Assembly (NCBI GenBank): GCA_043721995.1
Contig: JAYSPT010000100.1
Span: 6,592 to 70,591, forward strand
Source: Salinibacterium sp.
Lineage (GTDB): Bacteria > Actinomycetota > Actinomycetes > Actinomycetales > Microbacteriaceae
DNA: 64,000 nt
Direction: 5' to 3'
The notes beneath the pieces are model-generated. The model was not told where the DNA came from, searched no databases, and saw only the letters and a list, made by a program, of their open reading frames with translations. Of this stretch, positions 1 to 9,706 are shown piece by piece; position 1 is the stretch's first letter; each line of letters opens with the position of its first letter. The position numbers and the translations under genes were made by a program.

Positions 1-1
1 T

Positions 2-1123
2 ATGAGTCCCCCGGTCCCGCGGGATCCGGAAGGTGATGACAAAGACCGGGACGTTCTCGGCGACGACAAGGTTCTCGGTGACGAGTTCGTTCTCGAGCAA
101 TCCGAGAACGCGATCGAGCTCAAAGAGGTCGCGGGCCTCAGCCAGAGCCGCATCGTCGTACGCCGCTTTCTGCGTCATCGAGCCGCGCTCATTTCCATCG
201 TGGTGCTGCTCCTCGTTATTTTGACGGCATTCAGTTCGGTGGGCATTGATGCGCTCGGAATCAAGATTCCCGGCTGGTGGATATGGACCTACGATCACAT
301 CGGAAACGTAGTCAACGGCGGCCAGCCCACCCTGAGCCTCGTTCCGCAGTGGCTGGGCGGTGCCGGGATTACCTGGGGCTCTCATCCTTTCGGGCAGGAT
401 GAAATCGGCCACGACACCTTCGCACAGGTGATGCGCGGCACCCAGCAGTCACTCATGATTGTGTTGGTGGTCGGCGTTGTATCGACCTTTATCGGAATCG
501 TTATCGGCGCGGTGAGTGGATTCTTCCGCGGCGTCGCGGACACCATTCTCATGCGGTTTACGGACGTCATCATCATTATTCCGCTGCTTGTGCTCACCGC
601 GGTACTTGGTCGCACCTACGGTAACTCGGGTTCGTTCGTGCTCGCGATCGTGCTGGGCGTCGCCTCCTGGCCCGGACTCGCACGCCTCGTGCGCAGTGAC
701 GTGCTCGGGCTTCGCGAACGGGAGTTTGTCGATGCAGCGCGCGTTGCGGGGGCGAGCAACTTCCGCATCATGTTCGTGCACATTCTGCCGAACGCGATTG
801 GTGTAGTAATCGTCAATGCAACGCTGCTGATGTCCGCGACGATTCTCACCGAGGCCGCCATCAGTTACCTCGGCTTCGGCGTTCAAGCACCCGATGTGTC
901 GCTGGGCAAGCTCATCTACGACTTCCAGGCCGCGTTCTCGACCCGGCCGTGGCTCTTCTGGTGGCCGGGCCTGTTCATCGTGCTCATCGCGCTGACTATT
1001 AATTTCATCGGGGATGGCCTGCGTGATGCGTTCGATCCGCGCCAGAAGCGTGCGCTGAACCGCGCGGCTCGCCTCGCGAAGAGCGAAGCGCGGGCGAAGG
1101 CGCGCGCAGCGGGTGCTGCGTGA
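2..1123 (+). CDS. Peptide ABC transporter permease (DppC/OppC family)
   Basis: Multiple TM segments; HPFGQDEIGHD motif; EAA loop REREFVDAARVAGAS; HILPN and EAAISYLGFG motifs. Confidence 0.92.
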   Translation: MSPPVPRDPEGDDKDRDVLGDDKVLGDEFVLEQSENAIELKEVAGLSQSRIVVRRFLRHRAALISIVVLLLVILTAFSSVGIDALGIKIPGWWIWTYDHIGNVVNGGQPTLSLVPQWLGGAGITWGSHPFGQDEIGHDTFAQVMRGTQQSLMIVLVVGVVSTFIGIVIGAVSGFFRGVADTILMRFTDVIIIIPLLVLTAVLGRTYGNSGSFVLAIVLGVASWPGLARLVRSDVLGLREREFVDAARVAGASNFRIMFVHILPNAIGVVIVNATLLMSATILTEAAISYLGFGVQAPDVSLGKLIYDFQAAFSTRPWLFWWPGLFIVLIALTINFIGDGLRDAFDPRQKRALNRAARLAKSEARAKARAAGAA

Positions 1124-1137
1124 TCAGGTTTACAGAG

Positions 1138-1776
1138 CTAGCCTCGGAGCAAAGCTGCGACCACGATACCGACGCCGAGCAGAGCGGCTCCACCGAGCAG
1201 GGGACCCATGTTCCATGTGCTGCTGATGCCGGATCCCTCGACGGCGGGGCCATCCAGGTAACCCGCCTCACGCAGCAAGCCCCAGACGCGCCGCACATGC
1301 CAGGCCGCGACACCAGACTCGGAACCGGGTACGTCGCCAATTCGGACCGATCCACCGGTGAAGTTGTCCGGGTCCATGTGCCGCACTTCACGCGGACTGG
1401 TGCCGCTCGCGGCGTAGCGACCAGGGGCTGGGGCCGACCAGGCGACAACTTTGCCGGCGGCTGTGACGAGCGTGAGGGCGTAACGGGTTTCCACGTTTGC
1501 CAGGGCCGGCCAGCCCACCCGGTAGGTCCTGGCGGGGTTCGTAACCGTGACTCCGGACGGGTCAACCGTCACGCAGGGATACCAGAAAAGCAACCAGCAC
1601 AGGTAGCACGCGGCAGCCGCGATGAGACCGTAGTGCACTACGGCGAACCCGTCACCCTGCAATGTGAGGGTCAGCATCCCCGCGATGGCAAACGCGGCAA
1701 TGACAAACGTGAGCACGATGCCGGAGCGTGGTCGGACCGTGACGGGGTCGGGGAGCGGCGCAGCGGAACCTTGCAT
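1138..1776 (-). CDS. Membrane protein with bacterial PH-like domain
   Basis: Two N-terminal TM helices, then PCVTVDPSGVTVTNPARTYRVGW (bPH-like pattern), C-terminal TM helix. Confidence 0.7.
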   Translation of the reverse strand: MQGSAAPLPDPVTVRPRSGIVLTFVIAAFAIAGMLTLTLQGDGFAVVHYGLIAAAACYLCWLLFWYPCVTVDPSGVTVTNPARTYRVGWPALANVETRYALTLVTAAGKVVAWSAPAPGRYAASGTSPREVRHMDPDNFTGGSVRIGDVPGSESGVAAWHVRRVWGLLREAGYLDGPAVEGSGISSTWNMGPLLGGAALLGVGIVVAALLRG

Positions 1777-1847
1777 GCTCCTATCGTGACATCACTCGCG
1801 GGGACGAAGACACGTGGCCGATTGGCCGAGTCAGGAAAGGCAGACCG

Positions 1848-3509
1848 ATGAGCGCGCAGGCGAAGAAGGACGATGGGCCGATCCTCGAGGTCACCGGACT
1901 TGGCGTTGACTTCTGGGTGGACGGTACCTGGTACCCGGCCGCCATCGACATGGGCTACACGATCAAGCGGGGCGAGGTGTTGGCGATCGTCGGGGAGTCG
2001 GGATCGGGCAAAAGCTCGAGTTCGATGGCCCTGCTCGGGCTGCTCCCGCCGAATGCCCGGGTAACCGGCAGCATCAAGCTCACGGGCCGCGAGCTCACGA
2101 CGCTGAGCGACTCACGTCTGCGCCAGATCAGGGGTAAGGAGGTTGCCGTCATCTTCCAGGAGCCGATGACAGCCCTCAACCCGGTTTATACCGTTGGCTT
2201 CCAGATCGTCGAGTCGCTGCGCCTGCATGAAGGGATGTCTCCGGCTGATGCCAAGAAGCGCACGATCGAACTTCTCACCATGGTCGAATTGCCCAACCCG
2301 GCGCAGGCATTCGACAAATACCCGCACCAGCTGTCTGGCGGCCAACGCCAGCGGGCCATGATCGCAATGTCGATCTCCTGTGACCCGCTTCTGCTGATCG
2401 CCGACGAGCCGACCACCGCGCTCGACGTCACGGTGCAGGCCGAAATTCTCGAGCTGCTGCGCAACCTTCGCGATCGGCTAAACAGCGCGATCATCCTCAT
2501 CACCCACGATCTGGGTGTCGTGGCTGACCTTGCAGATCACATCATCGTCATGAAGGACGGCAAGATCGTCGAGCGCGGAACGATCGAGGACATCTACTAC
2601 CGCCCGCAGCACGAGTACACGAAGCAACTGCTGGCGGCCGTTCCCCACCTCGGCAGTGCGCAGGTCGTCAACCCCCCTTCGGGCGACCGCAATGCGGCAC
2701 CAGTGCTGTCGTTCGAGCATGTGAGTCTCGACTACCCCAAGCGTGGCCGTATCCCGGCATTCCGCGCGGTGGACGACGTGTCGTTCACCATCGAGCAGGG
2801 GGAAATCGTCGGGCTCGTGGGCGAATCGGGTTCAGGCAAGACCACGATCGGGCGTGCAGCGGTTGGCCTCATACCCGTCGCTGCGGGCGCGCTCAAGGTG
2901 CTCGGGAAGGATCTCAGCACGATATCCGCACACGATCTGCGTGCCGTGCGGAAGCAGATCGGGATCGTGTTCCAGGACCCGGGATCATCCCTCAACCCAC
3001 GGTTTCCGATCGGGCAGAGCATCGGTGAACCGATGCTCCTTGCGAAAGAGGCACGCGGTGCGGCACTCGACCGGCGAGTCGAGCAATTGCTCGACCAGGT
3101 CGAGTTGCCGCGCTCCTTCCGCAACCGCTACCCGCATGAACTCTCGGGAGGCCAGCGCCAGCGCGTTGGCATCGCACGCGCGCTGGCGCTGAGCCCGGCA
3201 CTCCTGGTTGCCGATGAGCCGACCTCGGCCCTCGACGTATCAGTGCAGGCGCGTTTCCTGGTGTTGCTTCGCGGATTGCAGGAACAACTGCACTTCGCGT
3301 GTCTGTTCGTGAGCCACGACCTCGGTGTCGTGGATGCGCTTGCGCACCGCATCATCGTGCTCAACCAAGGCAAACTGGTTGAGCAGGGAACTCGCGACGA
3401 GATCCTGCGCAGCCCGAAGGATCCGTACACGAAGCGTCTCCTTGAGGCGGTTCCGGTGCCCGATCCGGTGGAGCAGCGCCAGCGCCGCGAGAAGCGGCGC
3501 GCAAGCTAG
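1848..3509 (+). CDS. Peptide ABC transporter ATP-binding protein with two fused NBDs
   Basis: Two Walker A (GESGSGKS, GESGSGKT), two LSGGQRQR signatures, two ADEPT Walker B; SD aggaaagg upstream. Confidence 0.95.
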   Translation: MSAQAKKDDGPILEVTGLGVDFWVDGTWYPAAIDMGYTIKRGEVLAIVGESGSGKSSSSMALLGLLPPNARVTGSIKLTGRELTTLSDSRLRQIRGKEVAVIFQEPMTALNPVYTVGFQIVESLRLHEGMSPADAKKRTIELLTMVELPNPAQAFDKYPHQLSGGQRQRAMIAMSISCDPLLLIADEPTTALDVTVQAEILELLRNLRDRLNSAIILITHDLGVVADLADHIIVMKDGKIVERGTIEDIYYRPQHEYTKQLLAAVPHLGSAQVVNPPSGDRNAAPVLSFEHVSLDYPKRGRIPAFRAVDDVSFTIEQGEIVGLVGESGSGKTTIGRAAVGLIPVAAGALKVLGKDLSTISAHDLRAVRKQIGIVFQDPGSSLNPRFPIGQSIGEPMLLAKEARGAALDRRVEQLLDQVELPRSFRNRYPHELSGGQRQRVGIARALALSPALLVADEPTSALDVSVQARFLVLLRGLQEQLHFACLFVSHDLGVVDALAHRIIVLNQGKLVEQGTRDEILRSPKDPYTKRLLEAVPVPDPVEQRQRREKRRAS

Positions 3510-3540
3510 TCCGGTCGCCGCGAGAAGCGGCGCGCAAGCT
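3483..3540. repeat. Direct duplication of a 25-nt hairpin-containing unit
   Basis: CGCCGCGAGAAGCGGCGCGCAAGCT at 3483-3507 and 3516-3540, period 33; each copy contains a CGCCGC/GCGGCG inverted repeat. Confidence 0.9.
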
Positions 3541-3651
3541 GAGCTGGCTCGATACCGGGGGAGTACTCAGCCGCCGAGCGCTAGAATAAAAGACGCCCGC
3601 AGCGCGTAGACGCGCCGCATTCCCCCTCCCCCTTCTTTTTGAGGTATTGCC

Positions 3652-5559
3652 ATGGCTATCGCCACCCGTAGTGACCTGCGCAACGTTGCGATCGTCGCAC
3701 ACGTCGACCATGGCAAGACGACGCTTGTTGACGCCATGCTGCGCCAGACCAATTCTTTTGCCGAGCACGCTCATCTCGAGGAGCGCGCCATGGACTCCAA
3801 CGACCTTGAGCGCGAGAAGGGCATCACGATTCTCGCTAAGAACACGGCGATCTCGTACAAGGGCAAGCACGCGACGAACGGCCCGATCACCATCAACGTG
3901 ATCGACACTCCGGGCCACGCCGACTTCGGTGGCGAGGTCGAGCGCGGTCTCTCGATGGTGGATGGTGTCGTTCTCCTCGTTGATGCCAGCGAGGGCCCCC
4001 TGCCCCAAACGCGCTTTGTGCTGCGCAAGGCGCTGGAGGCGAAGCTCCCCGTCGTGCTGCTCGTCAATAAGACTGACCGTCCGGATGCCCGCATCGACGA
4101 GGTAGTCAGTGACAGCCAGGACCTGCTTCTCGGGCTCGCGAGCGATATGCACGATGACATGCCCGATCTTGATCTCGATGCGGTGCTCGATGTGCCGGTG
4201 GTATATGCGTCCGGTCGCAACGGAGCTGCGAGCTGGAACAAGCCCGAAAATGGTACCCTTCCGGACAACGCTGACCTCGAGCCGCTGTTCGACGCGATCA
4301 TCAAGCACATCCCGGCCCCCCGCTACGACGACGAAGCTCCGCTGCAGGCGCACGTCACCAACCTTGACGCTTCGCCGTTCCTTGGTCGGCTCGCTCTGCT
4401 GCGGGTCTTCAACGGCACCATCAAGAAGGGCCAGACAGTCGCCTGGGTGAAGTACGACGGCAGCGTGCACAACGTACGCGTCACTGAGTTGCTCATCACC
4501 AAGGCGCTCGACCGGTTCCCGACCGAATCGGCTGGGCCCGGGGACATTGTCGCTGTCGCCGGTTTCGATGACATCACGATCGGTGAAACCCTCGCTGACC
4601 CTGACGATGTGCGGCCGCTGCCGACCATCAAGGTTGACGACCCTGCGATCTCGATGACAATCGGCACGAATACGAGCCCGATGATTGGCAAGGTGAAGGG
4701 CCATAAGCTGACCGCCCGCATGGTGAAGGATCGCCTCGACCGTGAACTCGTCGGGAACGTATCGATCCGTCTGGTCGATATCGGTCGTCCGGATGCCTGG
4801 GAAGTGCAGGGTCGCGGGGAGCTGGCGCTGGCCATCCTCGTCGAGCAGATGCGTCGCGAGGGTTTTGAACTCACCGTGGGCAAGCCCCAGGTGGTTACTA
4901 AGCACATCGACGGCAAACTGAATGAGCCCTTCGAGCACCTCACGATTGATTCTCCCGAGGAGTACCTCGGCGCGATCACACAACTGCTCGCCGCGCGCAA
5001 AGGCCGCATGGAGTCGATGTCCAACCACGGTACGGGCTGGGTCAGGATGGAATTCATTGTTCCTTCTCGTGGACTCATCGGGTTCCGTACGGAGTTCCTC
5101 ACGATTACCCGGGGCACGGGCATCGCCAACGCGATCTCGCACGGTTACGAGCCGTGGGCGGGAGCTATTGAGACCCGCACTAACGGATCAATCGTCGCCG
5201 ACCGTTCAGGAGCGGCAACCCCGTTCGCTATGACGGCACTGCAGGAGCGCATGTCGTTCTTTGTTGAGCCGACCCAAGAGGTCTACGAAGGCATGGTTGT
5301 GGGCGAGAACTCCCGTGCGGACGACATGGATGTGAACATCACGAAGGAGAAGCAGCTGACGAACATGCGCCAGTCGACCTCTGACGTGTTCGAGCGCATG
5401 ACACCGTCGCGCAGGCTCACCCTTGAGGAGAGCCTTGAGTTCGCCCGCGAGGACGAGTGCGTCGAGGTCACACCCGACTTCATCCGAATCCGTAAGGTGG
5501 AACTCGATTCGAACGCCCGCGCCCGCAGCGCATCGCAACGTAAAAAGCAGAACGCTTAG
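3652..5559 (+). CDS. typA: Translational GTPase TypA/BipA
   Basis: RNVAIVAHVDHGKTT, GITILAK, DTPGHADFGGEVER, NKTD, GRGELAL, EVTP motifs; 635 aa. Confidence 0.98.
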   Translation: MAIATRSDLRNVAIVAHVDHGKTTLVDAMLRQTNSFAEHAHLEERAMDSNDLEREKGITILAKNTAISYKGKHATNGPITINVIDTPGHADFGGEVERGLSMVDGVVLLVDASEGPLPQTRFVLRKALEAKLPVVLLVNKTDRPDARIDEVVSDSQDLLLGLASDMHDDMPDLDLDAVLDVPVVYASGRNGAASWNKPENGTLPDNADLEPLFDAIIKHIPAPRYDDEAPLQAHVTNLDASPFLGRLALLRVFNGTIKKGQTVAWVKYDGSVHNVRVTELLITKALDRFPTESAGPGDIVAVAGFDDITIGETLADPDDVRPLPTIKVDDPAISMTIGTNTSPMIGKVKGHKLTARMVKDRLDRELVGNVSIRLVDIGRPDAWEVQGRGELALAILVEQMRREGFELTVGKPQVVTKHIDGKLNEPFEHLTIDSPEEYLGAITQLLAARKGRMESMSNHGTGWVRMEFIVPSRGLIGFRTEFLTITRGTGIANAISHGYEPWAGAIETRTNGSIVADRSGAATPFAMTALQERMSFFVEPTQEVYEGMVVGENSRADDMDVNITKEKQLTNMRQSTSDVFERMTPSRRLTLEESLEFAREDECVEVTPDFIRIRKVELDSNARARSASQRKKQNA

Positions 5560-5655
5560 GATTTTTTTTGGGTGCACAGCGGTCGTGAAGGACTACTCTT
5601 CGTTCAGAGTTGATATCTCTTCACGGGAGGTATCCGCAGAAGCAAGGAGCCAGAC

Positions 5656-6114
5656 ATGTTCGTCATACACAAGCGTGTAACCGTTTCACTCGCCATCGTT
5701 CTTGCCCTCGCCGTCACGCCAACGGTAGCTGGCTGCAGCGTCATCAAGGGAGTGATCGAGCAGCAGACTGGCGGCAAGGTTGACCTCGGGGGCAAGAGTA
5801 TTCCTGCCAACTTCCCCAAGTCAGAAGTACCCCTCATCCCCGGAGACGTTGTCTACGGCGCCGGTCTCACGACGGCCAACGGGGATGTCTGGAACGTGAC
5901 GATCAACGTCAAGGATATGAGCGCCTTCGACACGATCACTTCCGGGCTTACGGGCGCGGGCTTTACCGCGAAGGAGGTCGGCGGCAAGCAGGATGACGGC
6001 ACGGCAACTGGCGCATTCACGTCGGCAAAGTATTCAATCGTTGTAGTTGTCACCAAGGGCAACGATGCTGGCAGCCTCCTTGTGAACTACACCGTCACGA
6101 GCATCAAGGAGTAG
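5656..6114 (+). CDS. Hypothetical lipoprotein
   Basis: Signal peptide ending in lipobox VAGC; SD aaggag upstream. Confidence 0.75.
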   Translation: MFVIHKRVTVSLAIVLALAVTPTVAGCSVIKGVIEQQTGGKVDLGGKSIPANFPKSEVPLIPGDVVYGAGLTTANGDVWNVTINVKDMSAFDTITSGLTGAGFTAKEVGGKQDDGTATGAFTSAKYSIVVVVTKGNDAGSLLVNYTVTSIKE

Positions 6115-6142
6115 GTCCCCCGCCGCAGTGCGCCCCGGGGAA

Positions 6143-6997
6143 TCAGTGCGCAGCCGGTGCGACCTCGTTCGCGCGCACAGCATTGACGCGGGCAGGGCGT
6201 TTGTGTGAGCTAGCGAAGAACGACGCGCCCACTCCTGCGATGTAGAGGATCCAGGCGGAGAGTTGGGCCCACGTCGGCTCCGGGTTGAAATTGAACACGC
6301 CACCCAGCACGGTGCCGTACCAGCTTGAGGACGGGATGATCGTCGCCAAGCTGTATGCAGGGTTATCGACCCCGGGAATGACGCCGGCTTCTTGAAGGTC
6401 GCCGATTCCGGAAGCGAGAACGCCTGCCGCAACCACGATCAGGAAGAGCCCTGTCCAGGTGAAGAAGATGGAGAGGTTAATGCGCACGAATCCCCTGAAG
6501 ATGAGGTACGACAGCGCGATAGCCACAGCTATTCCGAGGAATGCCCCGATTGTGCCAAGAAGGGCGACGCCGCTTGAGCTCACACTCGCCCAGATGAACA
6601 GCGCGGTCTCCACACCCTCGCGGCCTACAGTCATGAAACCGAGTGCGACGATCCCGATGCCGGCACCGGCCACGGCGGCGGCAAGCCTGGTCTGAAGGTC
6701 GTTCTTTAGGTCCCGAGCATTGCGCGCCATCCAGAGGATCATCCAGGTCACAAGTGCGACCGCGAGGATCGACAGCGTCCCGCCGAGCGTTTCCTGCGCC
6801 CGTGCGCTCAATCCGTACGGCCCCCAGGTCAGAAGTGCGCCGACCCCTAGTGAGAGGGTGACCGCGGCACCGACGCCGATCCAGAGTCGGGGCAGAACAT
6901 CAGTTCGGCCGATCTTTCGGAGGTACGCGACAAGGATGCCCACGACAAGGCCGGCTTCGAGACCTTCGCGGAGGCCAATGAGGAAGTTTGCGAGCAT
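6143..6997 (-). CDS. efeU: FTR1/EfeU-family iron permease
   Basis: Two RExxE motifs (REGLEA, REGVETA); about 7 TM segments. Confidence 0.93.
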   Translation of the reverse strand: MLANFLIGLREGLEAGLVVGILVAYLRKIGRTDVLPRLWIGVGAAVTLSLGVGALLTWGPYGLSARAQETLGGTLSILAVALVTWMILWMARNARDLKNDLQTRLAAAVAGAGIGIVALGFMTVGREGVETALFIWASVSSSGVALLGTIGAFLGIAVAIALSYLIFRGFVRINLSIFFTWTGLFLIVVAAGVLASGIGDLQEAGVIPGVDNPAYSLATIIPSSSWYGTVLGGVFNFNPEPTWAQLSAWILYIAGVGASFFASSHKRPARVNAVRANEVAPAAH

Positions 6998-7016
6998 CAG
7001 AGCTTTCCGGTTCTAT

Positions 7017-7035
7017 GTTGGTAAGGCTAACCTAA
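7017..7035. promoter_or_regulatory. IdeR/DtxR iron box upstream of the iron permease
   Basis: GTTGGTAAGGCTAACCTAA; 2 mismatches to the DtxR/IdeR consensus TWAGGTWAGSCTWACCTWA; 19 nt upstream of the efeU start codon. Confidence 0.85.
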
Positions 7036-7073
7036 CTCAGACTAGCCTATGCCGCATTGCATATCCTGTCCAG

Positions 7074-8255
7074 GTGACTTCACCACAGGCCGAGCGCGTG
7101 CTCTTCGTGCATGCCCACCCCGATGACGAGACGATCTTTACCGGCGCCACGATCGCGACCCTCGTCGCATCCGGTGCTCAGGTGAGCGTGCTGACCTGCA
7201 CGCGCGGCGAGCGCGGAGCGGTGGTGGCGGAAGACCTCAAGCATCTGGTGGCATCTGCAGACCGAAACGGCGAGGATGCACTCGGTGAGTACCGCGTCGG
7301 CGAGCTTCGCGCCGCGCTTCAGGCCTTGGGTGCTACGGAGAATCGCATGCTTGGTGATGCCGATGCCCGCTGGAGCGGGCGTGCACCGCGTCGTTATCGC
7401 GACTCCGGGATGCGCTGGGGCGCAAACGGAGCGGAGCCCCTCGACGAACTCGATGCCGGTTCACTCTCCGCTGCCGAGTTAGGCGAAGTGGCCGCAGACA
7501 TCGCCGCGGTCCTCATCGCGTTTGAGCCCGATGTCGTGGTGAGCTACGACGCCGATGGCGGATACGGGCATCCCGACCACATTCGCGCCCACAACGCCAC
7601 TCGAACCGCGGCCGAAGTGATGGGAGTGCCTTTTTACGTGATCGATGCCGGCGGTAAGCCCGAATTGACCGTCAACGCGGCGGCGGCAGTAGAGCGAAAG
7701 CGCGCCGCACTCGGTGCGTACCGCTCGCAAATCACCGTCGCGGGCGACATGTTCTCGCCGGGATCGGAACCGCCAGTGCGGATCGACGCGCCCGAACAGT
7801 TCCGAAGATGGCGCCGCCCGGCCACCGGTTTCGCGGGCCAGTCTCTCGCGGGCCGCATCGCGACGTGTGTGCTTGCCGCCGTGCTGGGCGTGATGATCGG
7901 TGTGATGGGCACGGTCATCCACCAGGTAAGCATCACGACGGGAAGCGTGCGGGTACCTTGGGGGTTGGTAGCTGCAGTCCTGATCACGGCGGGCCTTGTC
8001 GTGGGTCTGCGACTGGTCTGGGCGACGCGACTGGTGCCAGCATTGGCGGCGCTCGGCCTCATCGCCACCCAGCTGGTGCTGACGCTGGCCTCTCCGATGG
8101 GCGCGGCCCTGATTCCGGAAAACCCTGCCGGCTACGTGTGGTGGATCGCACCCGTAGTGATTGCCGCGGTCGCGGTTGCGGTCCCGGATGTGTGGCGCCG
8201 CGGGCCACGTAAGATTGCAGTAGTTCCAGCCGCGAAAGGTGCCGATCAAACGTGA
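7074..8255 (+). CDS. mshB: MshB-like GlcNAc-Ins deacetylase (PIG-L family) fused to a C-terminal 4-TM domain
   Basis: VLFVHAHPDDE, TCTRGERG, RYRDSGM, GGYGHPDHI motifs; GTG start at 7074 preceded by TATCCT-N6; hydrophobic C-terminal ~125 aa; lies before fdx-dapC as in other actinobacteria. Confidence 0.8.
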   Translation: MTSPQAERVLFVHAHPDDETIFTGATIATLVASGAQVSVLTCTRGERGAVVAEDLKHLVASADRNGEDALGEYRVGELRAALQALGATENRMLGDADARWSGRAPRRYRDSGMRWGANGAEPLDELDAGSLSAAELGEVAADIAAVLIAFEPDVVVSYDADGGYGHPDHIRAHNATRTAAEVMGVPFYVIDAGGKPELTVNAAAAVERKRAALGAYRSQITVAGDMFSPGSEPPVRIDAPEQFRRWRRPATGFAGQSLAGRIATCVLAAVLGVMIGVMGTVIHQVSITTGSVRVPWGLVAAVLITAGLVVGLRLVWATRLVPALAALGLIATQLVLTLASPMGAALIPENPAGYVWWIAPVVIAAVAVAVPDVWRRGPRKIAVVPAAKGADQT

Positions 8256-8578
8256 CGTATGTCATCGCCCAACCGTGTGTCGACCTCAAAGACCGCGCCT
8301 GCATTGACGAGTGCCCGGTTGACTGCATCTACGAGGGTGACAGGATGCTGTACATCCACCCCGATGAGTGCGTCGACTGTGGGGCGTGCGAGCCGGTCTG
8401 CCCGGTGGAAGCGATCTTCTACGAAGACGACCTCCCTACGAAGTGGGCGGACTACTACAAGGCGAATGTCGAATTTTTTGAAGACCTCGGATCCCCTGGA
8501 GGCGCGTCGAAGGTTGGCGTGATCCACAAGGATCACGCGGTTGTGATGGCAGAGCCGCTCGCGGAGCCAGAGGGATAA
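8252..8578 (+). CDS. fdxA: 7Fe ferredoxin ([3Fe-4S]+[4Fe-4S])
   Basis: TYVIAQPCVDLKDRACIDECPVDCIYEG and CVDCGACEPVCP. Confidence 0.96.
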   Translation: MTYVIAQPCVDLKDRACIDECPVDCIYEGDRMLYIHPDECVDCGACEPVCPVEAIFYEDDLPTKWADYYKANVEFFEDLGSPGGASKVGVIHKDHAVVMAEPLAEPEG

Positions 8579-9694
8579 GTGCCCCGCACGCCCCTGAAGC
8601 TTCCGGATTTTCCGTGGGACACGCTCGATCCGTACGCCGCGATCGCGCGCGCGCATCCGGGCGGCATGATCGATCTCTCAGTCGGCTCTCCCGTCGACCC
8701 AACACCGGCCCTGATTCGCGCGGCGCTCGCCGCCGCCACGGACGCACACGGCTACCCGCAGACTGCCGGCACACCGCAGCTGCGCGAGGCGATCGTTGGC
8801 TGGTACGCGCGGAGGCGGGGAGTTCATGACCTTTCGGTCGCCAACGTGCTGCCCACGATCGGCTCCAAGGAGCTCATCGCCCTGCTACCCACGCTGTTCG
8901 GGCTGGGCCCCGGTGACACCGTCGTGCAGCCATCGGTCGCCTACCCGACTTACGCGATCGGGGCGGCCATCGCTGGTGCTTCGGTCGTGGCATCCGATGA
9001 TCCCGCCGAATGGCCCGCCAGCACGCGCCTTATCTGGGTCAACAGCCCGGGCAACCCCGATGGTCGCGTGCTCGGGGTCGAGCGACTCCGCGCGATGGTC
9101 GCCCGTGCTCGCGAACTCGGCGCAGTGATCGCGAGTGACGAGTGCTATGCGGAGTTGGACTGGGCAACGGACCCGCACGGTCGACACCCGACCACCCCGT
9201 CGATTCTGGATCCTCGGGTCATCGCAGGCGAACTCAATTCGGTTCTCTCCGTGTACTCACTCAGCAAGCAGTCCAATCTGGCTGGCTATCGCGCGGCGTT
9301 TGTGGCGGGCTGCAGCGAGCTCATCGGTGAACTTCTGGCTGTGCGCAAGCACGCCGGTCTCATTCCTCCCGCACCCGTGCAAGCCGCGATGATCGCCGCG
9401 CTGGCTGACGACGCCGATGTCGCGGCACAACGGGAGGTATACCGGGCTCGAAGGGGTCGGCTGCTGCGCGCCTTTGAGGCAGCGGGCTTTCGAATCGATC
9501 ACAGCGAAGCTGGGCTTTACCTCTGGGCAACCACGGGAACGGATGCCTGGCAGACGGTGTCGCAGCTTGCCGAACTGGGCATCCTCGTGGTGCCGGGCTC
9601 GTTCTATGCCGAACAGCCAGCCGTGCACGTGCGTGTCGCACTGACCGCGACCGATGCAGCGATCGACGCTGCGGTGGCCCGGCTGGCGAGCTAA
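8579..9694 (+). CDS. dapC: N-succinyldiaminopimelate aminotransferase
   Basis: IDLSVGSPVDP, NSPGNPDG, DECY, SLSKQSNLAGYR PLP-lysine motif; directly after the ferredoxin. Confidence 0.9.
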   Translation: MPRTPLKLPDFPWDTLDPYAAIARAHPGGMIDLSVGSPVDPTPALIRAALAAATDAHGYPQTAGTPQLREAIVGWYARRRGVHDLSVANVLPTIGSKELIALLPTLFGLGPGDTVVQPSVAYPTYAIGAAIAGASVVASDDPAEWPASTRLIWVNSPGNPDGRVLGVERLRAMVARARELGAVIASDECYAELDWATDPHGRHPTTPSILDPRVIAGELNSVLSVYSLSKQSNLAGYRAAFVAGCSELIGELLAVRKHAGLIPPAPVQAAMIAALADDADVAAQREVYRARRGRLLRAFEAAGFRIDHSEAGLYLWATTGTDAWQTVSQLAELGILVVPGSFYAEQPAVHVRVALTATDAAIDAAVARLAS

Positions 9695-9706
9695 TAGGCT
9701 GTAGAC

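Noticed and set aside
3361-5142. 593-aa minus-strand ORF opposite typA, and many similar long antisense ORFs (e.g. 38076-39179, 53502-54974, 55605-56822)
   Set aside because: Shadow ORFs expected in high-GC DNA opposite well-supported genes; no recognisable motifs.
6720-7073. N-terminal extension of mshB in the ORF track
   Set aside because: Overlaps efeU antisense and the IdeR box; a leaderless -10 points to GTG 7074.
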